Positions 18,454 through 28,408 of a DNA stretch of 64,000 nucleotides are shown piece after piece. Each line of letters opens with the position of its first letter. Position 1 is the first letter of the stretch. Source of the stretch: an uncultured Pseudomonadota bacterium. GTDB lineage: Bacteria > Pseudomonadota > Alphaproteobacteria > Acetobacterales > Acetobacteraceae. The translations under genes were made by a program, and so were the position numbers. Location of the stretch: positions 3,887,557 to 3,951,556 of the forward strand of contig OY970201.1 in the NCBI GenBank assembly GCA_963708245.1, written 5' to 3'. The notes beneath the pieces were generated by a model. The model was not told the origin of the DNA. It worked only from the letters and a program-made list of their open reading frames with translations, and made no database searches.

Positions 18454-18834
18454 ATGGAACGCCCGCTATCACCATTCATGTTTCCGACGTGGTACCGCTT
18501 TCAGATCACGTCGGCCTTGTCGATCCTGCACCGGCTCACCGGCATCGGCCTCGCCGTCGGCTCGATCCTGCTCGCCTGGTGGCTCGTCGCGGTGGCGGCG
18601 GGCGGCAAGGTCTTCGCAGCGACGCACGCCTTTATCGCCTCACCAATCGGCGTGCTGCTGCTGTTCCTCTGGTCGGTCGCGTTCTTCTACCACCTGTGCA
18701 ACGGCATCCGGCACCTCGTGTGGGACACTGGCTACGGCTTCGAGCTCCGGCAAGCCTATCTCGGGGGCTATGCCGTGCTCGCTGCGACGGTCGTGCTGAC
18801 CGTCCTCGCCTGGCTCGCAGTATGGCTGATCTGA
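18454..18834 (+). CDS. sdhC: succinate dehydrogenase cytochrome b556 subunit
   Basis: 126 aa. RPLSPF...ITSALSILHRLTG. Three predicted TM helices with an HLCNGIRHL heme-ligand region. Confidence 0.9.
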   Translation: MERPLSPFMFPTWYRFQITSALSILHRLTGIGLAVGSILLAWWLVAVAAGGKVFAATHAFIASPIGVLLLFLWSVAFFYHLCNGIRHLVWDTGYGFELRQAYLGGYAVLAATVVLTVLAWLAVWLI

Positions 18835-18845
18835 AGGAGGTTGCA

Positions 18846-19262
18846 ATGGCAAAGACCCGCTCCCTGTCGGATGCGACCGCACTGCGTGATGAAAACGTGC
18901 TGCGGCGCGTGCGTCATCTCGGCAGCGCGCGAGACGGCCTACGGGAATGGCAGTTGCAGCGCAAAACAGCGCTCGCGCTCATTCCTTTGGGGCTCTATTT
19001 CGTCGCCTCGATGCTGCGGCTCGCGGTATCGGACCAATTGACCGCAGCACAATGGCTGAGTTCGCCGGTACCGGCGCTGCTGACCATCCTGTTCGTGGTT
19101 TCGTTATTTGTGCACGCGGCCATTGGCCTGCGCTCGGTCCTTCTGGACTACGTGCACACGCGCGCCCGACTGGAAGCCGCCGAGCTGCTGGTGCGCGGTG
19201 CCGCAATCGTGCTTGCCGGCGCAAGCGTGCTCGCTGTCCTCAAGCTGTTTCTTGGAAGGTAG
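18846..19262 (+). CDS. sdhD: succinate dehydrogenase hydrophobic membrane anchor subunit
   Basis: ATG 18846 follows [34 protein letters not shown] is typical SdhD. Confidence 0.85.
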   Translation: MAKTRSLSDATALRDENVLRRVRHLGSARDGLREWQLQRKTALALIPLGLYFVASMLRLAVSDQLTAAQWLSSPVPALLTILFVVSLFVHAAIGLRSVLLDYVHTRARLEAAELLVRGAAIVLAGASVLAVLKLFLGR

Positions 19263-19266
19263 AACA

Positions 19267-21061
19267 ATGCCCAACAGCTACGACATCATTGACCATTCCT
19301 TCGACGTTGTCGTCCTCGGCGCCGGCGGCGCCGGATTGCGCGCGACGCTCGGCATGGTCGCGGCGGGGCTGAATACCGCCTGCGTCACCAAGGTGTTCCC
19401 GACCCGCAGCCACACCGTCGCCGCGCAGGGCGGCATCAGCGCGGCTCTCGGCAACATGGAAAAGGACGATTGGCGCTGGCACATGTTCGACACGATCCGG
19501 GGCTCCGATTGGCTCGGTGACCAGGATGCGATCGAATACATGTGCCGCGAGGCGATCCCCGCGGTGATCGAGCTCGAGCATTTCGGCGTGCCATTCAGCC
19601 GTACAGGCCGAAGGCAAGATTTATCAGCGGCAATTCGGCGGTCACACGACCGAGTATGCCAAGGGGGACATGGCGTATCGCGCTTGCGCCGCCGCCGATC
19701 GTACCGGCCATGCAATTCTGCACACTCTCTACCAGCAATGCCTTAGGCATCAGGCGCGTTTCTTCATCGAGTATTTCGCCATCGACTTGCTGATGGATGA
19801 GGATGGTGCGTGCCGAGGGCTGCTGGCCTGGTGCCTGGAAGACGGATCGATCCACCGGTTCCGCGCCAACATGACCGTGATTGCCACCGGCGGGTGCGGA
19901 AGGGTGTATCAATCCTGCACCTCGGCGCACACCTGCACCGGCGATGGCAACGCCATGGTGCTGCGCGCCGGCCTGCCCTTGCAGGACATGGAATTCATTC
20001 AATTCCACCCGACCGGCGTGTATGGCGTGGGCGTTCTGATAACCGAGGGCGCGCGCGGCGAAGGCGGATACCTGACCAACAGCGCGGGCGAGCGGTTCAT
20101 GCCGAAGTATGCCCCGCACGAAAAGGACCTCAGCTCACGCGATGTGGTGAGCCGCGCGGAAGCGATCGAGATCCGTGAGGGCCGCGGTGTCGGCGAGAAG
20201 AAAGACCACATCTACCTGCATCTCGAGCATCTGCAGGCGGAGGTGCTGGATGAGCGCCTGCCCGGCATCGTCGAGACGGCACGCATCTTCGCGGGCGTCG
20301 ATGCGCACAAGGAGCCGATTCCCGTGATCCCAACGGTGCATTACGTCATGGGCGGCATCCCCACCACCATCAGGGCGGAGGTCGTGTCTGCGACCAAGGA
20401 CGATCCCGACGCGGTGGTGCCGGGCCTGATGTCGATCGGTGAGGCGGCGTGCGTTTCCGTGCACGGCGCCAATCGTCTCGGAACCAACAGCCTTCTCGAC
20501 CTCGTTGTGTTCGGCCGCGCGGCGGCGTTGCGGGCAGCGGAGGTTGTAAAGCCGGGATCGAGGGTGCGCGAGGCGAACGGTCACTCGCAGCAGCGCGCGC
20601 TCGACCGGTTCGACAGGATTCGCCACAGCGAAGGCGGCAACAAGCCGGGCGAAGTCCGCCCGCTGATGCAGGAAGCGATGCAATCGCATTTCAGCGTCTT
20701 CCGCCGTGGCGACACCTTGGACGAGGGATTGAAGAAGCTTGAAGCTCTGCGCGACCCGTTGGAACACGTCACCGTCGATGAGCCTTCGCTGATGTGGAAT
20801 GTCGCGCTGGTTTCGGCACTGGAGCTCGCCAATCTGGCGGAGCAAGCGGTGGTCATCGCGCACTCCGCCTGCAACCGCACCGAATCCCGCGGGGCGCACG
20901 CGCGGGAGGATTACAAGAAACGCGACGACGAGAATTGGCTGAAGCACACCTGCGCGTGGAAGGACGAGGACTGGAACGTCCACTTCGCCTACCGCCCGGT
21001 TCATCTGCATGCGCTCTCCAACGACGCGCCGAGCTTCCCTCCCGCAGAACGCACCCACTAG
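19267..21061 (+). CDS. sdhA: succinate dehydrogenase flavoprotein subunit, with an apparent 1-nt frameshift near 19606
   Basis: ORF 19267.. reads [26 protein letters not shown]...[10 protein letters not shown]. Skipping the single G at 19606 gives [44 protein letters not shown], which continues as ORF 19670..21061. Confidence 0.85.
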
Positions 21062-21091
21062 GAGATTTCCGGAATACAAAGAGGGTATCTA

Positions 21092-22738
21092 ATGAACGGC
21101 GCCGAGCTGCTTGTTGCCGCCCTGGAGAACGAGGGTGTGAAGCGAATCTTCGGGGTCCCCGGGGAGGAAAATCTCGACATCCTCGAAGCGCTGCGCCGCT
21201 CGACGATCAAGTTGGTCGTGACGCGCCATGAACAGGCGGCGGCTTTCATGGCAGCCACACAGGGTCGGCTGACCGGTGCGGCGGGAGTGTGCCTTTCGAC
21301 GCTTGGCCCGGGCGCGCTCAATCTGACGACGGGCGCCGCTTATGCCCTGCTGGGTGCCATGCCGATGGTTATGATAACCGGTCAGAAAGGCATTTTGAGC
21401 CGGAGGCAGGCGCGCTTTCAGGTCGTGGACATCGTTTCGACGATGACGCCGCTGACCAAGATGGCACATCAGATCGTCAGCCCGGCGACGATTCCCTCGG
21501 TCGTGCGGGAGGCTTTCCGGGTCGCGCAGCAGGAGAGACCAGGCCCAGTCCATCTCGAGGTGCCCGAGGATATAGCGGCAGAAAAAGCACCCGAGATTTC
21601 GCCAGTTCCGCCCCACCCGATCCCGCAACCGGTCGCCGATCCTGCGGCGCTGGATCGGGCGGCCGAATTGATCCTCGAGGCGAAGCGTCCCTTGGTGATG
21701 CTGGGTGCGGCCGCGAGCCGTCCGCGCCTGGCGGACGCCCTGTCCGATTTCGTGAAGCGCCTGCAAATCCCGTTCTTCAACACGCAGATGGGCAAGGGCG
21801 CCGTCGCCGGCGGATCCGGGCTCTACATGGGCACCGCTGCGTTATCGGAGCGCGACTATGTCCATGATGCGATCGACCGCGCCGACCTGATCGTCACGAT
21901 CGGCCACGATACAGTGGAGAAGCCGCCGTTCCTAATGGGCCCGGGCGGACCAAAGGTCCTGCATATTGGCTATCTTCCTGCCACTGTCGAGGAGGTGTAT
22001 TTCCCGCATGCGGAGCTCATCGGCGATGTCGGTCCGAGTCTCACGCTGCTGGCCGACCGTCTCGAAGGCAAGCTGCCGAGGGCGGGCGCGCTGTTGCTAC
22101 TGCGCGAGCAAATTCTTGCGCACATAAGCGACCGGGCAGAGGAAAGCCGCTACCCGCTGACGCCTCAGCGCATCGTGCACGATGTGCGCCAGGTGATGCC
22201 GGAGGACGGCATCGTCTGCCTTGACAACGGCATGTACAAGATCTGGTTCGCCCGCAACTACCGTACTCGGATCGCGAACACGCTCCTGCTAGACAACGCG
22301 CTGGCGACGATGGGGGCCGGGCTGCCCTCGGCGATCATGGCCGCGATACTTTATCCGACCCGTCGCGTGCTGGCGATATGCGGTGACGGCGGGTTCATGA
22401 TGAACTCGCAGGAACTCGAGACGGCTCGGCGTCTCGAGCTAAACCTCGTCGCGCTGGTCCTGCGGGACGATGCCTATGGGATGATCCGCTGGAAGCAGGC
22501 GGTGGACGGCTTTCCTGATTTTGGTCTGACCTTCGGCAACCCCGACTTCGTCGCCTATGCCAAGGCTTACGGCGTAAGAGGCAGCGAAGTGGAAAGCGCC
22601 GATGGTCTGGCGCTGGCGCTCGAAGCCGCCTTTGTCGGCGGCGGGGTGCATGTCGTCACTGTGCCCATCGATTATTCGGAGAACATGCGGGTACTTGTCG
22701 ACGAGTTGCGCGCCCACGCGTCAAAGGAGTCACGGTAA
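21092..22738 (+). CDS. acetolactate synthase (catabolic AlsS)-like TPP-binding protein
   Basis: 548 aa. MNGAELLVAALENEGVKRIFGVPGEENLDILEAL, RHEQAAAFMA, LSTLGPGALNL. TPP motif CGDGGFMMNSQELET. Confidence 0.8.
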   Translation: MNGAELLVAALENEGVKRIFGVPGEENLDILEALRRSTIKLVVTRHEQAAAFMAATQGRLTGAAGVCLSTLGPGALNLTTGAAYALLGAMPMVMITGQKGILSRRQARFQVVDIVSTMTPLTKMAHQIVSPATIPSVVREAFRVAQQERPGPVHLEVPEDIAAEKAPEISPVPPHPIPQPVADPAALDRAAELILEAKRPLVMLGAAASRPRLADALSDFVKRLQIPFFNTQMGKGAVAGGSGLYMGTAALSERDYVHDAIDRADLIVTIGHDTVEKPPFLMGPGGPKVLHIGYLPATVEEVYFPHAELIGDVGPSLTLLADRLEGKLPRAGALLLLREQILAHISDRAEESRYPLTPQRIVHDVRQVMPEDGIVCLDNGMYKIWFARNYRTRIANTLLLDNALATMGAGLPSAIMAAILYPTRRVLAICGDGGFMMNSQELETARRLELNLVALVLRDDAYGMIRWKQAVDGFPDFGLTFGNPDFVAYAKAYGVRGSEVESADGLALALEAAFVGGGVHVVTVPIDYSENMRVLVDELRAHASKESR

Positions 22739-22740
22739 TG

Positions 22741-22876
22741 GTCAACGACCCACACGGCGTTCCGCACCGACTGGATGCCTTTCGCCGGCCGCCGCCAATC
22801 GGGCTACGGCATTGGTGGCATTCCCTGGACCATGCGAGAGATGACCGAGCAGAAGATGATCGTCTTCAAATCGTGA
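22741..22876 (+). pseudogene. C-terminal remnant of an aldehyde dehydrogenase, frameshifted
   Basis: VNDPH / AFRTDWMPFAGRRQSGYGIGGIPWTMREMTEQKMIVFKS* is the conserved ALDH C-terminus (MPFGG.K.SG.G.EG). Nothing upstream of it belongs to the same gene. Confidence 0.6.
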
Positions 22877-22929
22877 CGGGAGCAGCGGTGTACCCGAGCT
22901 GAGACACCAAAGGCACGAGGAGAGTTCAA

Positions 22930-23709
22930 ATGTCCGAATTTAGTCTTCCCGCAAACTCGAAGGTTGGCGAAGGCAAGCGCTGGCCGCTGTCAAAGCCAGC
23001 CAAGCGGGTCAAGAATTTTCGGATTTACCGCTGGGACCCGGCGAAGAACGCCAATCCGCAGATGGATACGTTCGAAATCGATCGCGATCACTGCGGGCCG
23101 ATGGTCCTCGACGCCCTGAACCAGATCAATGACCACATCGACCCGACACTGGCGTTCCGGCGGTCTTGCCGGGAAGGTGTGTGCGGTTCCTGCGCCATGA
23201 ACATGGACGGGCATAACGGGCTCGCTTGTCTGACCCCCATTGACAGCCTGAAGCAAGGGACGAGCAGGATCACGCCGCTGCCGCATATGCCGGTGTTGAG
23301 GGATCTGGTCCCCGACCTCACCGGATTGTACGCGCAGTACGAGCTGATCGAACCTTGGCTGCAAAGCGACCAACCGCCGCCGGACCGCGAGCGCCGTCAG
23401 TCACCGGAAGAGCGCGCCCAGCTCGATGGCTTGTGGGAGTGCATCTTGTGCTTCTGCTGCTCGACCTCGTGCCCAAGCTACTGGTGGAACCCGGACCGCT
23501 ATCTTGGCCCGTCGATCCTGCTGCAGTCCTACCGCTGGATCGCCGACAGCCGCGATCAGCGTACCGGCGAGCGCCTTGATCGGCTCGAGGACCCGTTCCG
23601 ACTCTATCGCTGCCACACGATCATGAACTGCACCAGGGCCTGTCCGAAAGGGCTTAACCCGGCGCGCGCGATCGCCAATACCAAACGAATGATGGCCGAG
23701 CGCGCGTGA
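22930..23709 (+). CDS. sdhB: succinate dehydrogenase iron-sulfur subunit
   Basis: 259 aa. [36 protein letters not shown] cluster motifs. Confidence 0.9.
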   Translation: MSEFSLPANSKVGEGKRWPLSKPAKRVKNFRIYRWDPAKNANPQMDTFEIDRDHCGPMVLDALNQINDHIDPTLAFRRSCREGVCGSCAMNMDGHNGLACLTPIDSLKQGTSRITPLPHMPVLRDLVPDLTGLYAQYELIEPWLQSDQPPPDRERRQSPEERAQLDGLWECILCFCCSTSCPSYWWNPDRYLGPSILLQSYRWIADSRDQRTGERLDRLEDPFRLYRCHTIMNCTRACPKGLNPARAIANTKRMMAERA

Positions 23710-23743
23710 ACGGGCTGCAACGGACCAAACAGGGAGGAAACGC

Positions 23744-24487
23744 ATGCGCATCGGGCTCTTCATCCCCTGCTACATCGATGCCTTCTTTCCCGAGGTCGGC
23801 ATCGCGACCCTCGAATTGCTGGAGCGGCTCGGTCACGAGGTCGTGTATCCACGTGACCAGACCTGCTGCGGGCAGCCGATGGCGAATAGCGGGTTCAATG
23901 CCGATTGCGCCGATACGGAGGCGCTGTTCGTGCGCAATTTCCCCGGCTTCGACTATATCGTGGCTCCATCGGGAAGCTGCGTTCATCACGTACGCGATAA
24001 CTTCGACGCGATCGAACAGACCGACGCAGTGAAGGCGGTCCGCGCGCATACCTACGAACTGGTCGAGTTCCTCCATGACATCTTGAAGGTCGAGGCGTTT
24101 CCGTGGGCCAAGTTTCCGCACCGTGTTGGGCTCCACAATAGCTGCGGCACGCTGCGCCGGCTTAAGCATGCGACCCCGTCCGAGCTGCACGAGCCTTTCT
24201 ACTCCAAGCCGATGGATCTGCTTTCGAAGGTTGAGGGAATCGAGTTCGTCACTCCGGCGCGACCCGACGAATGTTGCGGCTTCGGCGGCACCTTTTCGGT
24301 GTTCGAGGAAGTCGTCTCGACCAAGATGGGCTACGACAAAGTCAGCGATCACGCCCACGCTGGCGCCGAATACATCGTTTCGGCCGACAGCTCTTGCCTG
24401 ATGCATCAGCAGGGCTGCGCCGAGCGCATCGGGGTGGCTATCAAGTTTATCCACATCGCCCAGATCCTGAATGGAGCCAGCGCATGA
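23744..24487 (+). CDS. lutA: lactate utilization protein A, (Fe-S)-binding CCG-domain oxidoreductase
   Basis: MRIGLFIPCYIDAFFPEVG...CCGQP...ECCGFGGTF. Confidence 0.85.
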   Translation: MRIGLFIPCYIDAFFPEVGIATLELLERLGHEVVYPRDQTCCGQPMANSGFNADCADTEALFVRNFPGFDYIVAPSGSCVHHVRDNFDAIEQTDAVKAVRAHTYELVEFLHDILKVEAFPWAKFPHRVGLHNSCGTLRRLKHATPSELHEPFYSKPMDLLSKVEGIEFVTPARPDECCGFGGTFSVFEEVVSTKMGYDKVSDHAHAGAEYIVSADSSCLMHQQGCAERIGVAIKFIHIAQILNGASA

Positions 24488-26022
24488 GCGACCCTCACAC
24501 GACACTGCACCCTGAGTTGCTGGCTCCGGACGATCCCGATGCAATCGTCCGCGACGGCCGCCGCCTCGATCATGCGGAGGGAACGTCAAAGCCGCTCCGC
24601 GCGCCCCCCGAACCGCAGCCACGCGGCGCCAAAATCCACGGCAACCGCCCGATTGACCAGGCAGAAGCGGCCGCCCGCTTCATCGCCGCGCCCCAGCATG
24701 AGAAAATGCACGATGAGCGGCTGTGGGATCTGCGACAGAAGCGCGACCGCGAGATGCACGGCATTCCCGAATGGGAGGAACTTCGGTCGCTCGCTTCCGC
24801 CATCAAGGAACACGCACTCACTCATCTTGACGAATATCTTGATCAGTTCGAAGCAAGTGCGCGATCGAACGGCATCCATGTCCATTGGGCGCGCGATGCT
24901 GCGGAGCATAACCGGATCGTGCACGGCATCCTCGAAGATCATGGCGCCAAATCGCTGATCAAAAGCAAGTCGATGCTGACCGAGGAATGCGGCTTTCGGC
25001 ACTACATGGCTTCGGTCGGGATCGAGGTAATCGAGACCGATCTCGGCGAGCGTATCCAGCAGCTCGATAACGAAGATCCGAGCCATGTCGTGGTGCCCGC
25101 CGTGCATAAGCTCAGGACCGATGTTGCGCAAGTATTCGCAAAAACTATCGGCACCGATCCCGATAACAGTGACGTGCACTACCTGGCGGAGGCCCAGCGC
25201 GAGGCAAACCGCCCGATGATCCTGGCCGCTGATGCCGGCATGACCGGCTGCAATTTCGCCGTTGCCGAAACAGGGAGCGTGGTCGTCTGCACGAACGAAG
25301 GCAACGCCGATCTGTCGGCCAATGTGCCGAAGGTACACATCGCCTCGATCGGCATCGAGAAGATCATCCCGCGCCTCGAGCATCTCGCCGTGTTCGTCCG
25401 TCTGCTATCACGCAGTGCGCTGGGCTCGCCAATGACCCAATACACGTCGCATTTCCGCGGACCTAGGAAAGGTGGCGAGATGCACTTCGTGCTGGTCGAC
25501 AACGGCCGCTCGGAGCGTCTCGGTTTGGAGGAGTTCTGGACCTCGCTCAAATGCATCCGCTGTGGCGCCTGCATGAACACCTGCCCGGTTTATCGGCGCA
25601 GCGGAGGGCTGAGCTACGGCGCCACCTATTCCGGGCCGATTGGCCTCATCATCGATCCGACGTTCAACGCGCGGAAATACAGTAACCTGCCCTTCGCTTC
25701 GACACTCAACGGCAGCTGCACCAACGTCTGCCCCGTCAAGATCAACATCCATGAGCAGATCTATGCCTGGCGCCGCGAGCTGGTGAAACAGCACGAGGTC
25801 CCGTTCGCGAAGAGAGCGGCGATGAAGGCGGCCGGTGAGCTGCTTTCGCGGCCTGCCGCCTATCGTGCCGCGATTGCTGCAGCCGATTTCGCACTCGCTC
25901 ATCTGCCGCGTTTCGTGATCTACAACGGCCTCAACGCCTGGGGGAAGCATCGGGAGGTACCGCATCCGCCCAAGCAGACATTTCATAGCTGGTATCAGGC
26001 GAACCGCGGAGGGAAAGAATGA
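24484..26022 (+). CDS. lutB: lactate utilization protein B, 4Fe-4S LUD-domain protein
   Basis: Start ATG 24484 overlaps the lutA stop (ATGA). CIRCGACMNTCPVY and CTNVCPVKINI ferredoxin motifs. Confidence 0.85.
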   Translation: MSDPHTTLHPELLAPDDPDAIVRDGRRLDHAEGTSKPLRAPPEPQPRGAKIHGNRPIDQAEAAARFIAAPQHEKMHDERLWDLRQKRDREMHGIPEWEELRSLASAIKEHALTHLDEYLDQFEASARSNGIHVHWARDAAEHNRIVHGILEDHGAKSLIKSKSMLTEECGFRHYMASVGIEVIETDLGERIQQLDNEDPSHVVVPAVHKLRTDVAQVFAKTIGTDPDNSDVHYLAEAQREANRPMILAADAGMTGCNFAVAETGSVVVCTNEGNADLSANVPKVHIASIGIEKIIPRLEHLAVFVRLLSRSALGSPMTQYTSHFRGPRKGGEMHFVLVDNGRSERLGLEEFWTSLKCIRCGACMNTCPVYRRSGGLSYGATYSGPIGLIIDPTFNARKYSNLPFASTLNGSCTNVCPVKINIHEQIYAWRRELVKQHEVPFAKRAAMKAAGELLSRPAAYRAAIAAADFALAHLPRFVIYNGLNAWGKHREVPHPPKQTFHSWYQANRGGKE

Positions 26023-26615
26023 ACAGCCGCGAACACATTCTGGCTTCGGTCCGCGGAAATCTGCCGCGCGTGGATAGGCCGCTACCCGATGTGCCGCTGT
26101 TCGACGACAGGCCACGGCCGCCGCTGCTGTCCATGTTCAAAGACAGTCTCCAGCGCATGGGCGGAGCATTTCTCGATCCACCGGCTTCCGGCGATCCATT
26201 GATGCCGGTGCGCGAGAAGATCTCGGACGCTAAAATCATCTGCTCGGTAGTGCCGGAGATCGCGGGCAGCCGCGATATCGCCACTGCAGGCGAGCCGCAG
26301 GATCTGGCCGATGTCGATTTTGCAATCGTCCGCGCCTCCTTCGCCGTCGCCGAGACCGGCTCGGTGCTGCTCAGCGACGGGGATCTGCGGGTCAACGCGC
26401 TCGCCTATCTGGCGCAGCACCTGATCGTCCTGCTCGACCCCGCCGACATTGTCGTCAACTTGCATCACGCCTATCGCCGACCGGAATTCCGCAACAGCCA
26501 CTATGCGGCCTTCCACACGGGCCCATCGGCAACCGCGGATATCGAGGGTGTGCTCATCCACGGTGCGCAAGGCGTACGGTCGCTTTCCGTTCTGATTCAT
26601 AGGAGACAACCATGA
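26019..26615 (+). CDS. lutC: lactate utilization protein C (LUD domain)
   Basis: 198 aa. Translationally coupled to lutB. VAETGSVLL motif. Confidence 0.8.
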   Translation: MNSREHILASVRGNLPRVDRPLPDVPLFDDRPRPPLLSMFKDSLQRMGGAFLDPPASGDPLMPVREKISDAKIICSVVPEIAGSRDIATAGEPQDLADVDFAIVRASFAVAETGSVLLSDGDLRVNALAYLAQHLIVLLDPADIVVNLHHAYRRPEFRNSHYAAFHTGPSATADIEGVLIHGAQGVRSLSVLIHRRQP

Positions 26616-28282
26616 CCCATACATCCGATACGCAATCGTTGGAAAATCTGCGCAGCCAGACGCTGCTGAACGACCCGAAATGCAATAAAGGCACAGCCTT
26701 CACCGCGGAAGAGCGCCGCAAATATGGGCTGGAAGGATTGCTGCCGCACGCGGTGGAAAGCCTCAACCGGCAGTTAGAACGGGTGATGGAGCACCTCGAC
26801 GCGAAGCCGACCGATCTCGAGCGCTACATCTACCTGATCGGCCTTTCAGACCGGAACGAGACGCTGTTCTACCGAACCCTGATGTCCGATCCGGCGCGCT
26901 TCGTTCCGATCGTCTACGATCCGACCGTTGCCGATGCCTGCCTCGCCTTCGGCCACCTCTACCGGCGCGCGCGCGGCATGTACATCACGCGCGAGATGAA
27001 GGGTCGCATCGCCGAGGTGCTGCACAATTGGCCGACGCGGGACGTGCGCTTCATCTGCGTCTCGACAGGCGGGCGCATTCTCGGGCTCGGCGACATCGGC
27101 GCAAACGGCATGGGCATCCCGATCGGCAAGCTGCAGCTATATACCGCGTGCGCGGCGGTGCCGCCGGACTGCATGCTGCCGATCTTGTTGGATATCGGCA
27201 CCACCAATGCGCAACTCCGTGCCGATCCACTTTATCTCGGCCTGCGCGAGAAGCCGCCGTCGGATGCGGACCTGGACGCGTTAGCTGACGAGTTCGTCCA
27301 GGCTGTGCAGGAGGTGTTTCCGGGTTGCTGTATCCATTTCGAGGACTGGAAAGGCACCGACGCAATCCGGATGCTAAACCGCTACGCCGACAAGGTGCTC
27401 TGCTACAACGACGACATCCAGGGCACCGCCAGCGTCACGCTCGCGGGTCTGACCACGGCGCTGCAGATCATCGACCAGCCACTGACGGAGCAGCGCATCC
27501 TGTTCTTCGGTGCTGGCTCCGCCGGAATCGGCATTGCTAACCTGATCGTCTCGGCGATGCAAATGAAGGGCTTGTCGCAGTCGGACGCCCGCAGCCGCAT
27601 CTCCTTATTCGACATCTCCGGGCTGCTGGAGGCCTCACGGACCGATCTTTCTGAGGCACAGAAAGCGTATGCGCACAAAGTCGCGCCGTCGAAGGACCTG
27701 GCCGAGACCGTTGAGCGGCTAAAACCTACGGTCTTAATCGGCGTCAGCACCAAGGGCGGCGCATTCAATCAGCGTGTCGTCGAGGCGATGAGCCGACTGA
27801 ATGAGCGGCCGATCATCTTTGCGCTGTCGAACCCGACCGACAAGGCTGAGTGCACGGCCGAGCAGGCGTACACTTGGTCTGGCGGCAAGGCGCTCTATGC
27901 CGCCGGAGTTCAGTTCCCGGATGTCGCCTGGCGCGGCCAGACTTTCCGCCCGGGGCAGGCAAACAACTTTTACATCTTCCCGGCGATTGGCCTCGCCACG
28001 TACGCCGCGCGACCGCGCCGGATCACAGATGCCTGCTTCATTGCAGCGGCCGAGGCCTCCGCCGATCAGGTGGGACCTAACCTGCGCGCCAAGGGCATGC
28101 TGTTCCCGAGCCAGTCCGATATCCTCGAGACCGAGGTGACCACTGCAATCCGCGTCGTGGAGTTCATGTTCGACCAAGGTCTGGCCCAGGTCGAACGCCC
28201 GCGAGACATCCGCACCTGGATCGAGGGGCAGCTTTATCGGCCGCAGGACCAAGGGCCGGTGCCAGCGCGGGCGGCCGGTTGA
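26612..28282 (+). CDS. maeA: NAD-dependent malic enzyme
   Basis: 556 aa. NKGTAFTAEERRKYGLEGLLP, FNDDIQGTA-like YNDDIQGTASV, GAGSAGIGIA. Confidence 0.9.
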   Translation: MTHTSDTQSLENLRSQTLLNDPKCNKGTAFTAEERRKYGLEGLLPHAVESLNRQLERVMEHLDAKPTDLERYIYLIGLSDRNETLFYRTLMSDPARFVPIVYDPTVADACLAFGHLYRRARGMYITREMKGRIAEVLHNWPTRDVRFICVSTGGRILGLGDIGANGMGIPIGKLQLYTACAAVPPDCMLPILLDIGTTNAQLRADPLYLGLREKPPSDADLDALADEFVQAVQEVFPGCCIHFEDWKGTDAIRMLNRYADKVLCYNDDIQGTASVTLAGLTTALQIIDQPLTEQRILFFGAGSAGIGIANLIVSAMQMKGLSQSDARSRISLFDISGLLEASRTDLSEAQKAYAHKVAPSKDLAETVERLKPTVLIGVSTKGGAFNQRVVEAMSRLNERPIIFALSNPTDKAECTAEQAYTWSGGKALYAAGVQFPDVAWRGQTFRPGQANNFYIFPAIGLATYAARPRRITDACFIAAAEASADQVGPNLRAKGMLFPSQSDILETEVTTAIRVVEFMFDQGLAQVERPRDIRTWIEGQLYRPQDQGPVPARAAG

Positions 28283-28408
28283 GTGCGCAGGTGCATGATC
28301 TGATCGCACGCACCTGTGACGAGATCGTCGCCGGTCAGCTGGCCCGCAGGTGAAGCTTCATTTCATTGATCGCGTCGTGTGGAACGTAATGGTCGGCTTG
28401 GTGCTGTC

